A stretch of DNA of 57,139 nt from Promethearchaeota archaeon (GCA_018238625.1 JABCSY010000012.1:1-57139); one strand, 5' to 3'. Counted from the first letter of the stretch, positions 10,679-21,591 are shown. The notes: generated by a model not told the origin, from the sequence alone. Numbers and translations are program-made.

Positions 10679-11410
10679 ATGAGTGGAACTCAATCTTATG
10701 AGTATTTTCCAGCAATTCGTTGTTGGGTTAAACATCTTTTAGAAGGGAAGTATAACGCTGAAGAAAAGTCATTATTCACGATCTTTGGAGCTCTTAGAAA
10801 AATTCGATTTGTCGCAACAATCACTAATAGAGAAGATTTCGTTAGTAATACATCAACAGGAGATTTAAGCACCAATTTAAGATTCGAACTGGATGATGGA
10901 ACGGGGTTAATTTCTGCTGTCAAGTGGGGTGTTGATTTAGATAAATTTAACGAATTAAATCGAGGAGATGTTGTAGATATTTTAGGACGCGTAGGTTTTT
11001 ATGGCGATACCGTTCAAATTAGTAATATCAAATTGATAAAAAAAGTAAAAGATCCAAATTATATTTTATTACGAGACGCTGAAATAATAAAAAAAATTAA
11101 ATCTGGTGATATCCACGAGATTCCAATTGATTTCGAAACGGAGGAAGAGTTCTCTTTTGATAATGCTTCAGAAGAAATTCGCATAGACAAAATATTTGGA
11201 GAAGAACAGCCTTCAGAAGTTGATAAACTTAAAGAAAAGATTTTTTCGATAATATATGAATATTCTCAAGACGGAAATGGTATAAGTCTTAAAGAATTAC
11301 AATTGAAGTTGCAGATCCCCGAAAATAAACTGAGGACATATATTAACGATTTGGCGATGGAGTCAAGAATTTATCTAACAGAGGAAAATATATATCAAAG
11401 TTATATTTAG
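10679..11410 (+). CDS. RPA32/RPA2-like OB-fold plus winged-helix protein
   Basis: LDDGTG OB-fold motif, acidic linker, C-terminal WH-like domain. Confidence 0.8.
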   Translation: MSGTQSYEYFPAIRCWVKHLLEGKYNAEEKSLFTIFGALRKIRFVATITNREDFVSNTSTGDLSTNLRFELDDGTGLISAVKWGVDLDKFNELNRGDVVDILGRVGFYGDTVQISNIKLIKKVKDPNYILLRDAEIIKKIKSGDIHEIPIDFETEEEFSFDNASEEIRIDKIFGEEQPSEVDKLKEKIFSIIYEYSQDGNGISLKELQLKLQIPENKLRTYINDLAMESRIYLTEENIYQSYI

Positions 11411-11537
11411 AAAACAATTCTATCTATAAGCGATTTTTTTGAATTTTCTTTTCAAATAATTTTTTAAAATCGAAAAATTATTTTTGTTAGAATGAATATT
11501 ACATTTAGTAGAAAAAGTAAAAAAAAGGTAAAATAAA

Positions 11538-11951
11538 ATGGATATAAACAATTATCAAGAATTATTAGACGAGGGTTATAAAAATATCCCCGACAACGTA
11601 AAGAAATTGTCTAGATTTGAAATACCAAAAGCTCAGATAAGAATAGAAGCTAAGAATACCTATATTACAAATTTTAATAAAATTATCAATACTTTAAATC
11701 GCGAGCGAAAACATTTCATTGTTGAGTTTTTAAAAAAAATAGGTACGATGGGGGAAATGAGGGGACAGCATCTATTTTTAAAAGGGGTTTATAAAGTCCA
11801 AGCATTGAATCGGATAATTGAATTATATTCTAAAACTTATGTTTTATGCAAAATTTGTAATAAACCGGATACAGAAATTCAAAGAGAAGGGAAAAAAAGA
11901 TTTCTTAAATGCACTGCTTGCGGAGCACATGAAGAAATAAAAGAAAAATAA
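11538..11951 (+). CDS. eif2b: Translation initiation factor aIF2 beta
   Basis: RFEIP, ITNF, CxxCxxPDT..CTACGA. Confidence 0.95.
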   Translation: MDINNYQELLDEGYKNIPDNVKKLSRFEIPKAQIRIEAKNTYITNFNKIINTLNRERKHFIVEFLKKIGTMGEMRGQHLFLKGVYKVQALNRIIELYSKTYVLCKICNKPDTEIQREGKKRFLKCTACGAHEEIKEK

Positions 11952-11972
11952 ATTTAGTTTAATGATTGCCAG

Positions 11973-12269
11973 ATGAAAGTATATCTTAAAATCCATCGTC
12001 GAAATGGTATCGATACGGTTGCATGTTGCGATGAGTTGTTATTAAACCAAATTTTTATTGAAGGCAATTTAAAAATTGAAATTAGCGATCGTTTTTTTGG
12101 GGGCGATCTTCTAAGCATAGATAAGGCTGTAGAGGTGTTAAAAAAAGCGTTGTACTTTAATATAGTGGGTGAAAATATAACCAATAAAGTAATTGCCCAT
12201 AAAATCCTTTCTAAAGAAGGAGTTAAAAAAATTAATAATATTCCAATGGCAATAAAAATGATGTTTTAA
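11973..12269 (+). CDS. DUF424-family protein
   Basis: VACCDELLL, FFGG, NIVGE; usual position between aIF2b and NMD3. Confidence 0.85.
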   Translation: MKVYLKIHRRNGIDTVACCDELLLNQIFIEGNLKIEISDRFFGGDLLSIDKAVEVLKKALYFNIVGENITNKVIAHKILSKEGVKKINNIPMAIKMMF

Positions 12270-13186
12270 TGCCTCATAGATTTTGTGCAATATGTGGGAC
12301 GGCTCTAGAAGAAAAAGCACCTTATTTTAGTATGTGCCTTAATTGTTTTCTAAAAGAAAATCCACTATTTGAATTGCCAAAAAGTTTCAGTTTTAAAATG
12401 TGTAGCGATTGCAAGAAATATTCAAAAAAAGAAGAATGGATTGAACCTGCTGAAAATGAATTATTTCCTATTATAGAAGAGGCGATATCTCGATTTTTAT
12501 TAAAATCTCATTTAAAAAAAGATTTAATCACCTTTTCATTCTCATTTGAAGAATTAATATTCACTCAAAAAGATTTATTATCTTCTTTTGATCTTACAAT
12601 AACAGGAAACTTGAGGGAAGATCATAAAATTACTCATCAACAAACGATAAAAATCAAATTAAATTACGAATTATGTAAAAATTGTTCTAATTTAAGAGGG
12701 GGGATGTATTTTTTATCAATTATTCAATTACGGGTAAAAAATGAGAATCAATTTGAGCTTATTAACGAAGTTTTAGATGATATCCTTTATTTTGTAGAAA
12801 ATATCTTTAAAAAAGACGATAAACAATATATTTCAAAAGTGGAAGATCAAAAACTTGGTGCGGATTTGTATTTAAGTACGAATGAATTAATGAAACACGT
12901 AGTTTCATATTTAAAGTCAAAATATAATTTTATACTAAAAAGAACAAAAAAGCTAGTAGGTAGAGATAGTCAAAAGGGAAGAAATCTCTATAGATTAAAA
13001 ACACTTATTAAATTTTTACCAATTAAAAAAAATGACTTTATTTTTATAAATAAATCCAAATATTTTGTAGAAAATATTACCAAAAATAGGGTTTTACTAA
13101 GAGACGAAAACCAAGTTAAACTCATAAAAAACTTTTCTTTTTTTGATGATAACAAATCGTTTAAAAGGATTATGGAGGTGGATTAA
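12269..13186 (+). CDS. nmd3: NMD3-family large-subunit biogenesis protein
   Basis: Four CxxC pairs, IIQLR, KLVGRDSQKGRNLYR. Confidence 0.9.
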   Translation: MPHRFCAICGTALEEKAPYFSMCLNCFLKENPLFELPKSFSFKMCSDCKKYSKKEEWIEPAENELFPIIEEAISRFLLKSHLKKDLITFSFSFEELIFTQKDLLSSFDLTITGNLREDHKITHQQTIKIKLNYELCKNCSNLRGGMYFLSIIQLRVKNENQFELINEVLDDILYFVENIFKKDDKQYISKVEDQKLGADLYLSTNELMKHVVSYLKSKYNFILKRTKKLVGRDSQKGRNLYRLKTLIKFLPIKKNDFIFINKSKYFVENITKNRVLLRDENQVKLIKNFSFFDDNKSFKRIMEVD

Positions 13187-14059
13187 GTGGAGGAAAAAAA
13201 CAATGGCTTTATTGATGAAGATGAGGAAGAACTTGAAAGAGAAGTTTTAAATGATGGTTTTAATAAAAAATTTAACACAAGATTAGATGATTTGGAAAAA
13301 AAGAAGATTGATTCAATAAGAATTAAAAAAATTGATCAGACTAAAAAAAGAGCCACTGTAGATTCTGTTTTTGATGAAAGAATGTATTTACATATAAATA
13401 AATTGTTAAAAACTGGACATTTAGACAGAATTGAGGGGATAATTTCTGCAGGTAAGGAAGCAAATGTTTACCTTGCTTACGGTGAAAATAATCGCGAAGT
13501 TGCGATAAAGATTTATAAGATCGATAGTAACACGTCAAGATGGATGAGAAATTATATTATTGGAGATCCTAGATTTAAAAAAATACCACATAACATATCA
13601 AAAATTATATTTTTATGGGCAAGTAAGGAGTTTAAAAATCTTAAAAGGGCTTATAAATCAGGTTTGAGCGTACCTGAGCCAATATATGTAAAAAATAATA
13701 TTTTAATCATGGAATATATTGGTTTTGGATCAATTCCTGCACCAAAACTTAAAGATATAGCGTTTCCAAAGGAACCTGTTAAACTATTAAATGAAATTCT
13801 TGGTTTTATTAAAACATTATATCAAAATGCAAACTTAGTTCATGGCGATTTATCTGAATTTAATATTTTATATCATAATCAAAAACCAATTGTAATTGAC
13901 ATCTCACAAGCAGTCACTACACATCATCCAAAAGCAGAAGTTTATTTAGTGAGAGATATTAAGAATGTTTTTAATTATTTTGAAAAAATCGGAGTTGAAA
14001 TTCCTAATCCAGAAGATTTTTATTACGAAGTTATAAATTTAGACAAAATAAAAAAATAA
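13187..14059 (+). CDS. rio1: RIO1-family kinase
   Basis: ISAGKEANVY, AIKIY, LVHGDLSEFNIL, IDISQAV. Confidence 0.95.
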   Translation: MEEKNNGFIDEDEEELEREVLNDGFNKKFNTRLDDLEKKKIDSIRIKKIDQTKKRATVDSVFDERMYLHINKLLKTGHLDRIEGIISAGKEANVYLAYGENNREVAIKIYKIDSNTSRWMRNYIIGDPRFKKIPHNISKIIFLWASKEFKNLKRAYKSGLSVPEPIYVKNNILIMEYIGFGSIPAPKLKDIAFPKEPVKLLNEILGFIKTLYQNANLVHGDLSEFNILYHNQKPIVIDISQAVTTHHPKAEVYLVRDIKNVFNYFEKIGVEIPNPEDFYYEVINLDKIKK

Positions 14060-14097
14060 GCTTTCATTATCGAATGTACTAAAGTTAAATTAGAACT

Positions 14098-14655
14098 ATG
14101 AAAATAGGAAAAAATAGAATAGCGGTAATAATTGGAAAAAACGGTGAAACTAAACGACAAATTGAAGAGTCACTGGGAGTTAAGATTAATTTGGACAGTG
14201 AGTCTGGAGATTGCGAAGTGAGACCTGTTATAGGGCATCCAAAATATAATCCCCTTAATATCTTCACTGCTCAAAAAATGATTAATGCTATAAACAGAGG
14301 TTTTAACCCAATTAAAGTTATGAAACTTCTAGACGAAACATATGACATAGAAGTTTTTAATTTGTATAGCATATTAGGAAAATCTGAGAAGAAAATAAAA
14401 AGATTGAAAGGAAGGATTATTGGTAGGAATGGTGAAATGAGAAAAGCAATCGAGAGATTTGCGGAGAGTCATGTATCTGTCTATGGGAAAACAGTTTCAA
14501 TCATTTCTGATTATGAGAATTTACAAATAGCAAGAAAAGCAGTAAGTATGATATTGGGTGGGATGCCTCATCACTCAGTACTAAAGTTTTTAGAAAACAA
14601 ATACAACGATAAAAAGAAGGAAGAATTTAAAAAATTATATAAACCTCAATTCTAA
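14098..14655 (+). CDS. KH-domain pre-rRNA processing protein (Dim2/Pno1)
   Basis: IIGKNG and RIIGRNG GxxG loops; follows rio1. Confidence 0.92.
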   Translation: MKIGKNRIAVIIGKNGETKRQIEESLGVKINLDSESGDCEVRPVIGHPKYNPLNIFTAQKMINAINRGFNPIKVMKLLDETYDIEVFNLYSILGKSEKKIKRLKGRIIGRNGEMRKAIERFAESHVSVYGKTVSIISDYENLQIARKAVSMILGGMPHHSVLKFLENKYNDKKKEEFKKLYKPQF

Positions 14656-14706
14656 TCGGCGTTTTTAGCTTTGTTTCACACTGAGTTGAAATAGTTACAA
14701 ACATTA

Positions 14707-15057
14707 CTATAACAATTTCTTGATATTTCCTAATATGTCTTTTCCATAGATAATTTGCTTTATTTCACTTAATAGATTAGAAATAGAGTAAATACTTTCT
14801 TTAACATAAAGCTCCTTATAAGATTCGCTTTTGATTTTATCTAAGTTTATTTCAAAGCTTTTAATCGAAAAACTTTCCTTAGAGTAAGGTTTGAAAATCA
14901 CTATACATCGAGGATACATGCTCTTTTCTCTTAGATATACTGCCCATCCTTCATAAAAATATTTTACCTTGATAGAAAATAAATTTTCCCACTCATATAG
15001 ACTTTTTAAAACTGTACTTACTTCTTTTTGGGTTTTAGAGCAATATTTCGGATCCAT
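14707..15057 (-). CDS. Hypothetical protein
   Basis: 116-aa ORF downstream of ftsZ. Confidence 0.6.
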   Translation of the reverse strand: MDPKYCSKTQKEVSTVLKSLYEWENLFSIKVKYFYEGWAVYLREKSMYPRCIVIFKPYSKESFSIKSFEINLDKIKSESYKELYVKESIYSISNLLSEIKQIIYGKDILGNIKKLL

Positions 15058-15104
15058 ATATTTAATTAAAGAAATGAATTTAAAAAGGAGTATTAAAAAT
15101 TACA

Positions 15105-16211
15105 TCAATCAAAAGCAAGTTCACCGATGTTAAAAATGTCATTTGATAATCCAATTTTTTTATTAGATATGTTTTTGTTATTAAATGATTGAATTGGTGA
15201 TATATCTTGTCCAAAAATCTGCGGTGACTTAATTCCAGTAATAAGGAGCATAACTCTTAAATATCCCTCGAATTCATCGTTTACTCGAGCACCCCAGATT
15301 ACCATTGCATTATTCACATCCATTCTTTCAGAAATCTTTTTTGCTACAGAATTTGCTTCTGCGAGGGTCATATCGTTTCCTCCGCAAATATGAATTAAAG
15401 CACCCTTTGCGCCGTCAATAGATACATCTAATAGTGGTGAGTTGAGTGCGTCTTCAATGGCCTCTTCTACACGGTTACCTTTATTACCTGATTCACCCAC
15501 TCCCACAATTGCTACACCTCCCGTACTTAAAATGGTTCTAACATCAGCAAAGTCTAAATTAATTAGCGAAGGCAAAGAAATTGTTTCAGTTATTCCCTTT
15601 ACCATCGTTGCTAAAACTTCATCGGCGACGCTAAACGCTTCGATGATCGGTAAATCTGGAGCAATGTCTAAAAGGCGATTATTATCGATTACTACTAGTG
15701 TATCCGCATATTTCTTTAATTCATTAAGCCCCATTTGAGCTTTTTCTATTCGTCCTATTTCAGTATCAAACGGTAACGTGACTACACCTACAACTATTGC
15801 CCCCTCAAGTTTAGCTATTTCAGCTACTATAGGAGCACTTCCGGTTCCAGTCCCCCCACCTTCCCCACAAGTAATAAAGACTAAATTAGCTTCTCTTAGT
15901 ATTTTTGTTAAATCTTCACGTGATTCTTCTGCTGCCGCTCTACCAATGTCAGGATTACCGCCTGCACCTAAGCCCCGTGTTAGATTTTTACCAATTAACA
16001 GTTTTATGTGGGCCTCAACGCTTTCTAAGTGTTGGAGATCTGTATTTATCGCTACGCATTTTGCTCCTTTTATTCCTATTTTCATTAACCGATTAATGGT
16101 GTTGTTTCCAGCCCCTCCGCATCCTACAATTTTTATATTAGCGTAACCAAAATTTTCACGAGTTGGTTTAATTACTTCTCTCTTTCGAGCATTTCTTATT
16201 AGAGATTCCAT
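15105..16211 (-). CDS. ftsZ: Cell division protein FtsZ
   Basis: GGAGNN, NTD, GGGTGTG signature, INLDFAD. Confidence 0.97.
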   Translation of the reverse strand: MESLIRNARKREVIKPTRENFGYANIKIVGCGGAGNNTINRLMKIGIKGAKCVAINTDLQHLESVEAHIKLLIGKNLTRGLGAGGNPDIGRAAAEESREDLTKILREANLVFITCGEGGGTGTGSAPIVAEIAKLEGAIVVGVVTLPFDTEIGRIEKAQMGLNELKKYADTLVVIDNNRLLDIAPDLPIIEAFSVADEVLATMVKGITETISLPSLINLDFADVRTILSTGGVAIVGVGESGNKGNRVEEAIEDALNSPLLDVSIDGAKGALIHICGGNDMTLAEANSVAKKISERMDVNNAMVIWGARVNDEFEGYLRVMLLITGIKSPQIFGQDISPIQSFNNKNISNKKIGLSNDIFNIGELAFD

Positions 16212-16326
16212 TAAAAAACAACAGATTGTTTTGTATGTGTTATAGAAATAATATAAATGAAATTTTAGAATTAATATAATATGCTCATATTATTTGCAAA
16301 TTGCAAAAAAGAACAATTTTAAACTA

Positions 16327-17556
16327 CTAAGTTAGGGAAAAATCATTATTTCTCATAGGATCAAAAATTTCGGTAATAGTTTTATTTTTAACAAGAAGTA
16401 TTTTAGGGAGCGTATATGGAAACCGATTAGAAAAAGTCAGAGTATACGCTCCGACATTCGTAACCATTACAATATCATTTTCTTTTAAGTCTTTAGTAAA
16501 AAAATAATTTTTCGCTAATACATCTTGGTCCGTAGGCACAATTCCAGCTATTGAAGTTTTAAATTTATGTGGTTCGTTGATTTTTGAAGCATTGTAAAAT
16601 CTTAAAGAGCACTTTGCGAATTTGGGACAAATATGATTTCCTATATCTAAAAAAATCCATCTATCTTCAGATACCTTAATAATTTTAGAAAGAAATATAC
16701 CAGCATCTCCAATAATATAGCGCCCTGGCTCAAAATATATGTTTTTAAAATTGAACTCAGAGTTATTTAGGGTCGAGTTTATATTATTCGCGATTTCTCT
16801 TAATTGGGTTTCTGGCATTATAACTGCTTCTGGAAAACCGCCCCCTAAATTAATATTTTCTACATTAATTCCAGCATCTGATAAAATTTTAATATTTTCT
16901 ATGAGAGATTCTATATTTTTTTTAAACTGTCCAAAATTATTCATTTGAGTAGAATAATGAGACAAAATCGTTGTTAATTTGATGTTTTCACATTCTTTTA
17001 CTAAATTTGTTAATTTTATTAATTTAGATTTGTCTAATACGATTCCTAATTTACTCCCATATTTTTGAGAATTAATTCTAATGCATATATTTTGAATTTT
17101 ATGATATTTTTTAGCAATCGAGTTAATTTGAATTAAATCTTTTAAGTTGTACACTATAATTTCTTTTACATTCTCTTGTATGCATTTTTCGATGAGATCA
17201 TGCGGTAAATAAGGACCTCCTACGATAATTTTATTTGGGGGAAATTGCAATTTTAGCGCTAAATTTAATTCAGGTAGTCCGATTAATTCAGCACCTATAC
17301 CTTCCGATTGAATAATATTACAAATTTCTGGGAGAAAATTGGCTTTAAATGAATAAAAACATTGAAAATTTTTAAAAACAGATTTAAATACTCTACAAAA
17401 AGAGTTAATATTGTTTCTAACTCTATTTTCTAAAAAAATCATCAATGGAGTCGTTGAATTTCTTAAAATGTCGTTGAGTAGAAGCGTATCAATCAACAAA
17501 TTTCCCTCTTTTTTATTTAAATAGGGATTTCCAGATATTTTCTTCAATTTAATCAA
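16327..17556 (-). CDS. PLP-dependent fold-III decarboxylase (LysA-like, divergent)
   Basis: YSFKAN, NLGGGF, EPGRY, VGAYT. Confidence 0.8.
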   Translation of the reverse strand: MIKLKKISGNPYLNKKEGNLLIDTLLLNDILRNSTTPLMIFLENRVRNNINSFCRVFKSVFKNFQCFYSFKANFLPEICNIIQSEGIGAELIGLPELNLALKLQFPPNKIIVGGPYLPHDLIEKCIQENVKEIIVYNLKDLIQINSIAKKYHKIQNICIRINSQKYGSKLGIVLDKSKLIKLTNLVKECENIKLTTILSHYSTQMNNFGQFKKNIESLIENIKILSDAGINVENINLGGGFPEAVIMPETQLREIANNINSTLNNSEFNFKNIYFEPGRYIIGDAGIFLSKIIKVSEDRWIFLDIGNHICPKFAKCSLRFYNASKINEPHKFKTSIAGIVPTDQDVLAKNYFFTKDLKENDIVMVTNVGAYTLTFSNRFPYTLPKILLVKNKTITEIFDPMRNNDFSLT

Positions 17557-18853
17557 CTTTTTTTGAAATTAATTCTTGATAAGTTTCATGAGTTTTTCTA
17601 GCTACTATATCCCAAGAAAAATTTTGACGAACTCTAATTTTACCTTCTGATCCTAATTTTTTACTGAAGTTCTTCCTTTTTAGAAGCGTTACAACTTTAT
17701 TAGCTATATCTAAATGGTTATTATATTCAACTAATAAACCATCAATGTTATCCCTAATGACTTCTGGAGTTGCCCCTACATTTGCACCTATAACTGGTTT
17801 ACCAGAAGCCCAAGCCTCTAAATACGCAATGCCAAACGCATCGCTTCGGCTTGGCATTAAATACACATCTGTTTCGTTAAAAGCGGCTATTTTTTTTTCA
17901 TCGTAATAACCTTTTAAATTATCTGGAGTTAGATTAATAACTCGTCGAGTTATCGTTTTTTTAATTTTTGAGAGCTCTAGATTAAACGCAATAGTGGAAG
18001 GTCCAATAAAAACAAAATATACTTTCTTATATTTTTTAATAATATAGGGAATTGCTCGTAAAATAGAAATCGCTCCTTTCTCGTAATTTTTATAGCCACA
18101 AAATAAGATCATTTTATATTTCTTTTCTTTTGGTTTGAAGTACTTTTGTTTAAACTTAAATTTGTTGTTACTTCGACCAGAAGAGAGATCAAACTTTTTG
18201 TAGTCTACTCCCATCGAAATAACTTTAATTTTATCTTTGGGTAAGTTAAACTTTTCTACCATTACTTTTTTTTCAAGATTCGTACACGCAATGATTTGAT
18301 CAAATTTTTTTAAAGCTTCAAAAAGATTTTTATTGAGATATCTAGGATTAGAGAAATGAAAAAAAGGCGTACAAACAGTAGGTTTATTGATAAGTTTTCC
18401 AAGTATTAAACTATTTATAAGATTAAAGTATGGAAAAAAGGTTGTGTGAATTAAGTCAAAGGAAAATTTAGTTGATTGCGCTATTTTTTCAATTATATTT
18501 CCTAAATAAGGACCATTTTTTAAAAAACCAATCAAACAATCATCAGATAGTTTCAAAAGATTGTAGGATGGAAGTTTTTTAATTAATTTAAATTTTTCTT
18601 CTAATAAAACTTTATATTTTACAGGAAAACGCGTGATCTTTAAATTGTTTACAACATCATAATGTTTATCCCCAATATTTATTATTCTACCATTAGGTTG
18701 TCTTAGGGCTTTAAAATCAATTGCGGTGGAGGTATAGATATCAACTTGGTAATTGTGTTTCGAATTTAAAATCTCAGCCATCGTTTGGATATAAAATTCT
18801 GCCCCCGAGATTGCGGGGAAATATCTTGTCGGAAGATATAAAATCTTGTTCAA
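17549..18853 (-). CDS. GT4 glycosyltransferase
   Basis: PSRSDAFGIAYLEAWASGKPVI. Confidence 0.92.
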   Translation of the reverse strand: MNKILYLPTRYFPAISGAEFYIQTMAEILNSKHNYQVDIYTSTAIDFKALRQPNGRIINIGDKHYDVVNNLKITRFPVKYKVLLEEKFKLIKKLPSYNLLKLSDDCLIGFLKNGPYLGNIIEKIAQSTKFSFDLIHTTFFPYFNLINSLILGKLINKPTVCTPFFHFSNPRYLNKNLFEALKKFDQIIACTNLEKKVMVEKFNLPKDKIKVISMGVDYKKFDLSSGRSNNKFKFKQKYFKPKEKKYKMILFCGYKNYEKGAISILRAIPYIIKKYKKVYFVFIGPSTIAFNLELSKIKKTITRRVINLTPDNLKGYYDEKKIAAFNETDVYLMPSRSDAFGIAYLEAWASGKPVIGANVGATPEVIRDNIDGLLVEYNNHLDIANKVVTLLKRKNFSKKLGSEGKIRVRQNFSWDIVARKTHETYQELISKKVD

Positions 18854-18902
18854 ACTTAATATCCTTTTTATTTATCAATTATAATTATTATATGATAACT
18901 AA

Positions 18903-19340
18903 ATGTCTAAGGATTTATTATTTGATGTTTATTCAATTGCAAAAAAGAAAGGCGTAATCGATGATGAGTTAATAAATTTCATTGATACGATTTTTCCTAA
19001 TAAGGTTGATAAGGTTTTAGATGTTATAAAAAAAGGTATAACAAAATATACTTTTAAACCTTCGAATAGAGTTATTTGGCTCGCTTTAGGATCCATAAAG
19101 GATGTTAAAAAGCGTTCTAAAGACAACTTAGATACCGTATATCGCGAATATTTAATATATCCTAAATTGTATTGTTCCTGTCTAAATTTTTATAAGGAGG
19201 TTGTAAAAAATCAATCTATAGGATATTGTAAACATCTTATAGCTCAAGTAATATGTGAGGCATTAAATAAATATAAAAAAGTTGAGCTAAAAGACAAGGA
19301 ATTTAAAGATTTAATTAATAATTTGGAATCAAAATTTTAA
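18903..19340 (+). CDS. SWIM zinc-finger protein
   Basis: YCSC..F...CKH. Confidence 0.8.
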   Translation: MSKDLLFDVYSIAKKKGVIDDELINFIDTIFPNKVDKVLDVIKKGITKYTFKPSNRVIWLALGSIKDVKKRSKDNLDTVYREYLIYPKLYCSCLNFYKEVVKNQSIGYCKHLIAQVICEALNKYKKVELKDKEFKDLINNLESKF

Positions 19341-19964
19341 TACTTCTGCGTTTTCTATTGAATTTTCGACTAAATCGAAAATATTGATTTTTGATTCTGA
19401 ATGCTGTATTTCGTGAGGTTTTGCGTGAGTTTCAGGGTATTGTGGATTAAATTTACACCCTGCTGATGGGATTGAAGATACTTCATATGACCCAATTTTT
19501 TTATTTATATTTATTACTTCTTGTTTATCACATCCTATTAACGGTCTTAATACTATAAAATCTTGAATTATACTATTATATGAATATAAATTATCTAAAG
19601 TTTGACTGGCTTGTTCTCCCAAAATATCTCCTGTAACAATTATTTTAGTATTTTCTAACCTCCCTAAACGTTTTGCTGTTCGAAGCATTAATCGCTTGCA
19701 TAAAACACAAGTTAATTTTCTGTCGCAAAATTGTTTAAAAGCTTCCAAGTTGTTATCGTGGTTAATAATATAGATTTTTAATTCGTTATCTGTGTATTTT
19801 GATAATAATTTGACAAGATCTATAACTTTGTTTTTCATAGAATGATTTTCATCATCTGAGGTTAAAAATGAGAGAAACACCGGAGTAAAACCCCTTTTTA
19901 TCATTAAATACGCTGCGATTGAGCTGTCTAAACCACCTGAAAGTAAAGATATAAATTTTCTCAT
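19329..19964 (-). CDS. ThiI-like PP-loop sulfurtransferase (catalytic domain only)
   Basis: LLSGGLDS, CVLCKR, TGDILGEQASQTL, RPLIG. Confidence 0.85.
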   Translation of the reverse strand: MRKFISLLSGGLDSSIAAYLMIKRGFTPVFLSFLTSDDENHSMKNKVIDLVKLLSKYTDNELKIYIINHDNNLEAFKQFCDRKLTCVLCKRLMLRTAKRLGRLENTKIIVTGDILGEQASQTLDNLYSYNSIIQDFIVLRPLIGCDKQEVININKKIGSYEVSSIPSAGCKFNPQYPETHAKPHEIQHSESKINIFDLVENSIENAEVLKF

Positions 19965-19979
19965 CGTTCGCTTTAAATT

Positions 19980-20582
19980 TTAATTTGTAGTTATTTCTTC
20001 CCTTTCCCATTCATTTAAATATTTATTAAAATCATCAAGCATAATTTTTCTCGATATTTGAATTTTGTTTTTATATTCGAGTTTTTTAATTTTTAACATA
20101 ATCTTTTTATTCTTTTTTAGGTGTTCTAGAGCTTTAGGATATTCATCTCTAAAAATCTTTTTAATGTTATTAAAATCCGCATTTTTTAGGAAATCGTAAT
20201 ATCTAATTACATAATTACATAATGGATCAATACTTATTTGAAAATTAAAGGCATCAACTTGTTTTAAAGCCAAGGGGTAAGCCTTGCATGCTAACGGTTT
20301 AATTTCTTGTACTGTACAACCATTTCTTTTATCATAAAAAGGACATCCTTGAGTTTCGTTGTCCAATCGTATTTTATATGTCACAACAAGTATTTTTTTG
20401 TTTAAAATATCTGGAAATACTAAGTCTTCGATAATTTTAAAGGCAATACCCTTTTTTTTAGCGATTTCTATTAATTTATTTGCCTCTTTAGGATATATTG
20501 GTATTCTTTTTTTGGAACCAAAAATTTCATGACAACATGTTCCGCATTTTATACATTCATAATTTAGCTCAGTCAATTCCAA
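19980..20582 (-). CDS. YkgJ-family cysteine-cluster protein
   Basis: CxxCGxCC, CPF, C, KPLACKAYP. Confidence 0.85.
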   Translation of the reverse strand: MELTELNYECIKCGTCCHEIFGSKKRIPIYPKEANKLIEIAKKKGIAFKIIEDLVFPDILNKKILVVTYKIRLDNETQGCPFYDKRNGCTVQEIKPLACKAYPLALKQVDAFNFQISIDPLCNYVIRYYDFLKNADFNNIKKIFRDEYPKALEHLKKNKKIMLKIKKLEYKNKIQISRKIMLDDFNKYLNEWEREEITTN

Positions 20583-20775
20583 AAAATTACCTTTTTCAGA
20601 TGATATTGATATGAAATCCTCATTATATTTATAAATACCTTAAAAAATTAATTTAGGTGATAATATTAATATATTACTTTAACAGTAAATCATGAGTCTA
20701 TTAGGATAACACATTGATTTAAAGATATTAAAAAGATTCTAATTATATCGATAAACAATACTTAAGGTAAAAAAA

Positions 20776-21591
20776 TTGACTGAGTCTGGGATAAGGATTA
20801 TTAAACATAATAATATTAAAGAAGAAGAATTTAAAGCCCCTATTTGTATTTTAGGAATGCCAGGTATCGCTGATGTTGGAAAATTCGCTATAGATTCTTT
20901 AATTGGACAATTAGATGCCCAAAATTTTATGGATTTTATATTTGATGATTACCCCGCAGGAGCGATAGTTGATGATAGCCTATTATCAGCACCTAAAGCA
21001 GAAATTCTTTTTTGGAAAGATCCAAGTAATAGAAGAGATATTATTTTAATTACTGCAGATGCGCAAAGTTTAACACCTAAAGGCATATATAGAATTTCAA
21101 ATTTTCTTACAGAGATAATAAACCAATGTAAAATTAAGTTGATAATTGCTTTGGGAGCGTATCCCGTAAATAGTCGCAAGATTGATTCAAAAATTCCAAA
21201 AATATTTGCAAGTTCAACTAACCGAGAACTGTTAGAGAATTTTTTATCAAAAAATAATTGTGAAAAAATCCAAAAAGGGGTTATTATTGGTGCTAATGGG
21301 TTAATTCCAACTTTGGCAAAAGCGAGATTTAATATAGACGGGATTGTTCTTTTAGCCGAAACGGATAATATTGCGATGCTTAATGAGGATATCACCGATT
21401 TAAAAGCTTCAATAACACTCTTAGAAATGATTAAGAAATCTTTTATGTTACCAATTAAAAAGAAATATTCTCTTGATAATTTAGAAGATATTACGAAAAG
21501 TCTTCAAAATAAAAGAGAACAATTGGAAAAAGATCTCGGTACATTTCAATTTGTTGATATTGACGATAAGAGAAAATCATTATACATTTAA
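20776..21591 (+). CDS. PAC2-family proteasome assembly chaperone
   Basis: GMPGIADVGK, IIALGAY, IIGANGLI, LLAET. Confidence 0.85.
   Translation: MTESGIRIIKHNNIKEEEFKAPICILGMPGIADVGKFAIDSLIGQLDAQNFMDFIFDDYPAGAIVDDSLLSAPKAEILFWKDPSNRRDIILITADAQSLTPKGIYRISNFLTEIINQCKIKLIIALGAYPVNSRKIDSKIPKIFASSTNRELLENFLSKNNCEKIQKGVIIGANGLIPTLAKARFNIDGIVLLAETDNIAMLNEDITDLKASITLLEMIKKSFMLPIKKKYSLDNLEDITKSLQNKREQLEKDLGTFQFVDIDDKRKSLYI

Noticed and set aside
19091-19136. Possible in-frame 39-nt BHB-like intron in the SWIM gene (ATCC/AGAT, AAG/CTT)
   Set aside because: The ORF is open without splicing, the exon-exon helix is absent and the pairing is weak enough to be chance. Worth revisiting only if a genome-wide intron scan is done.
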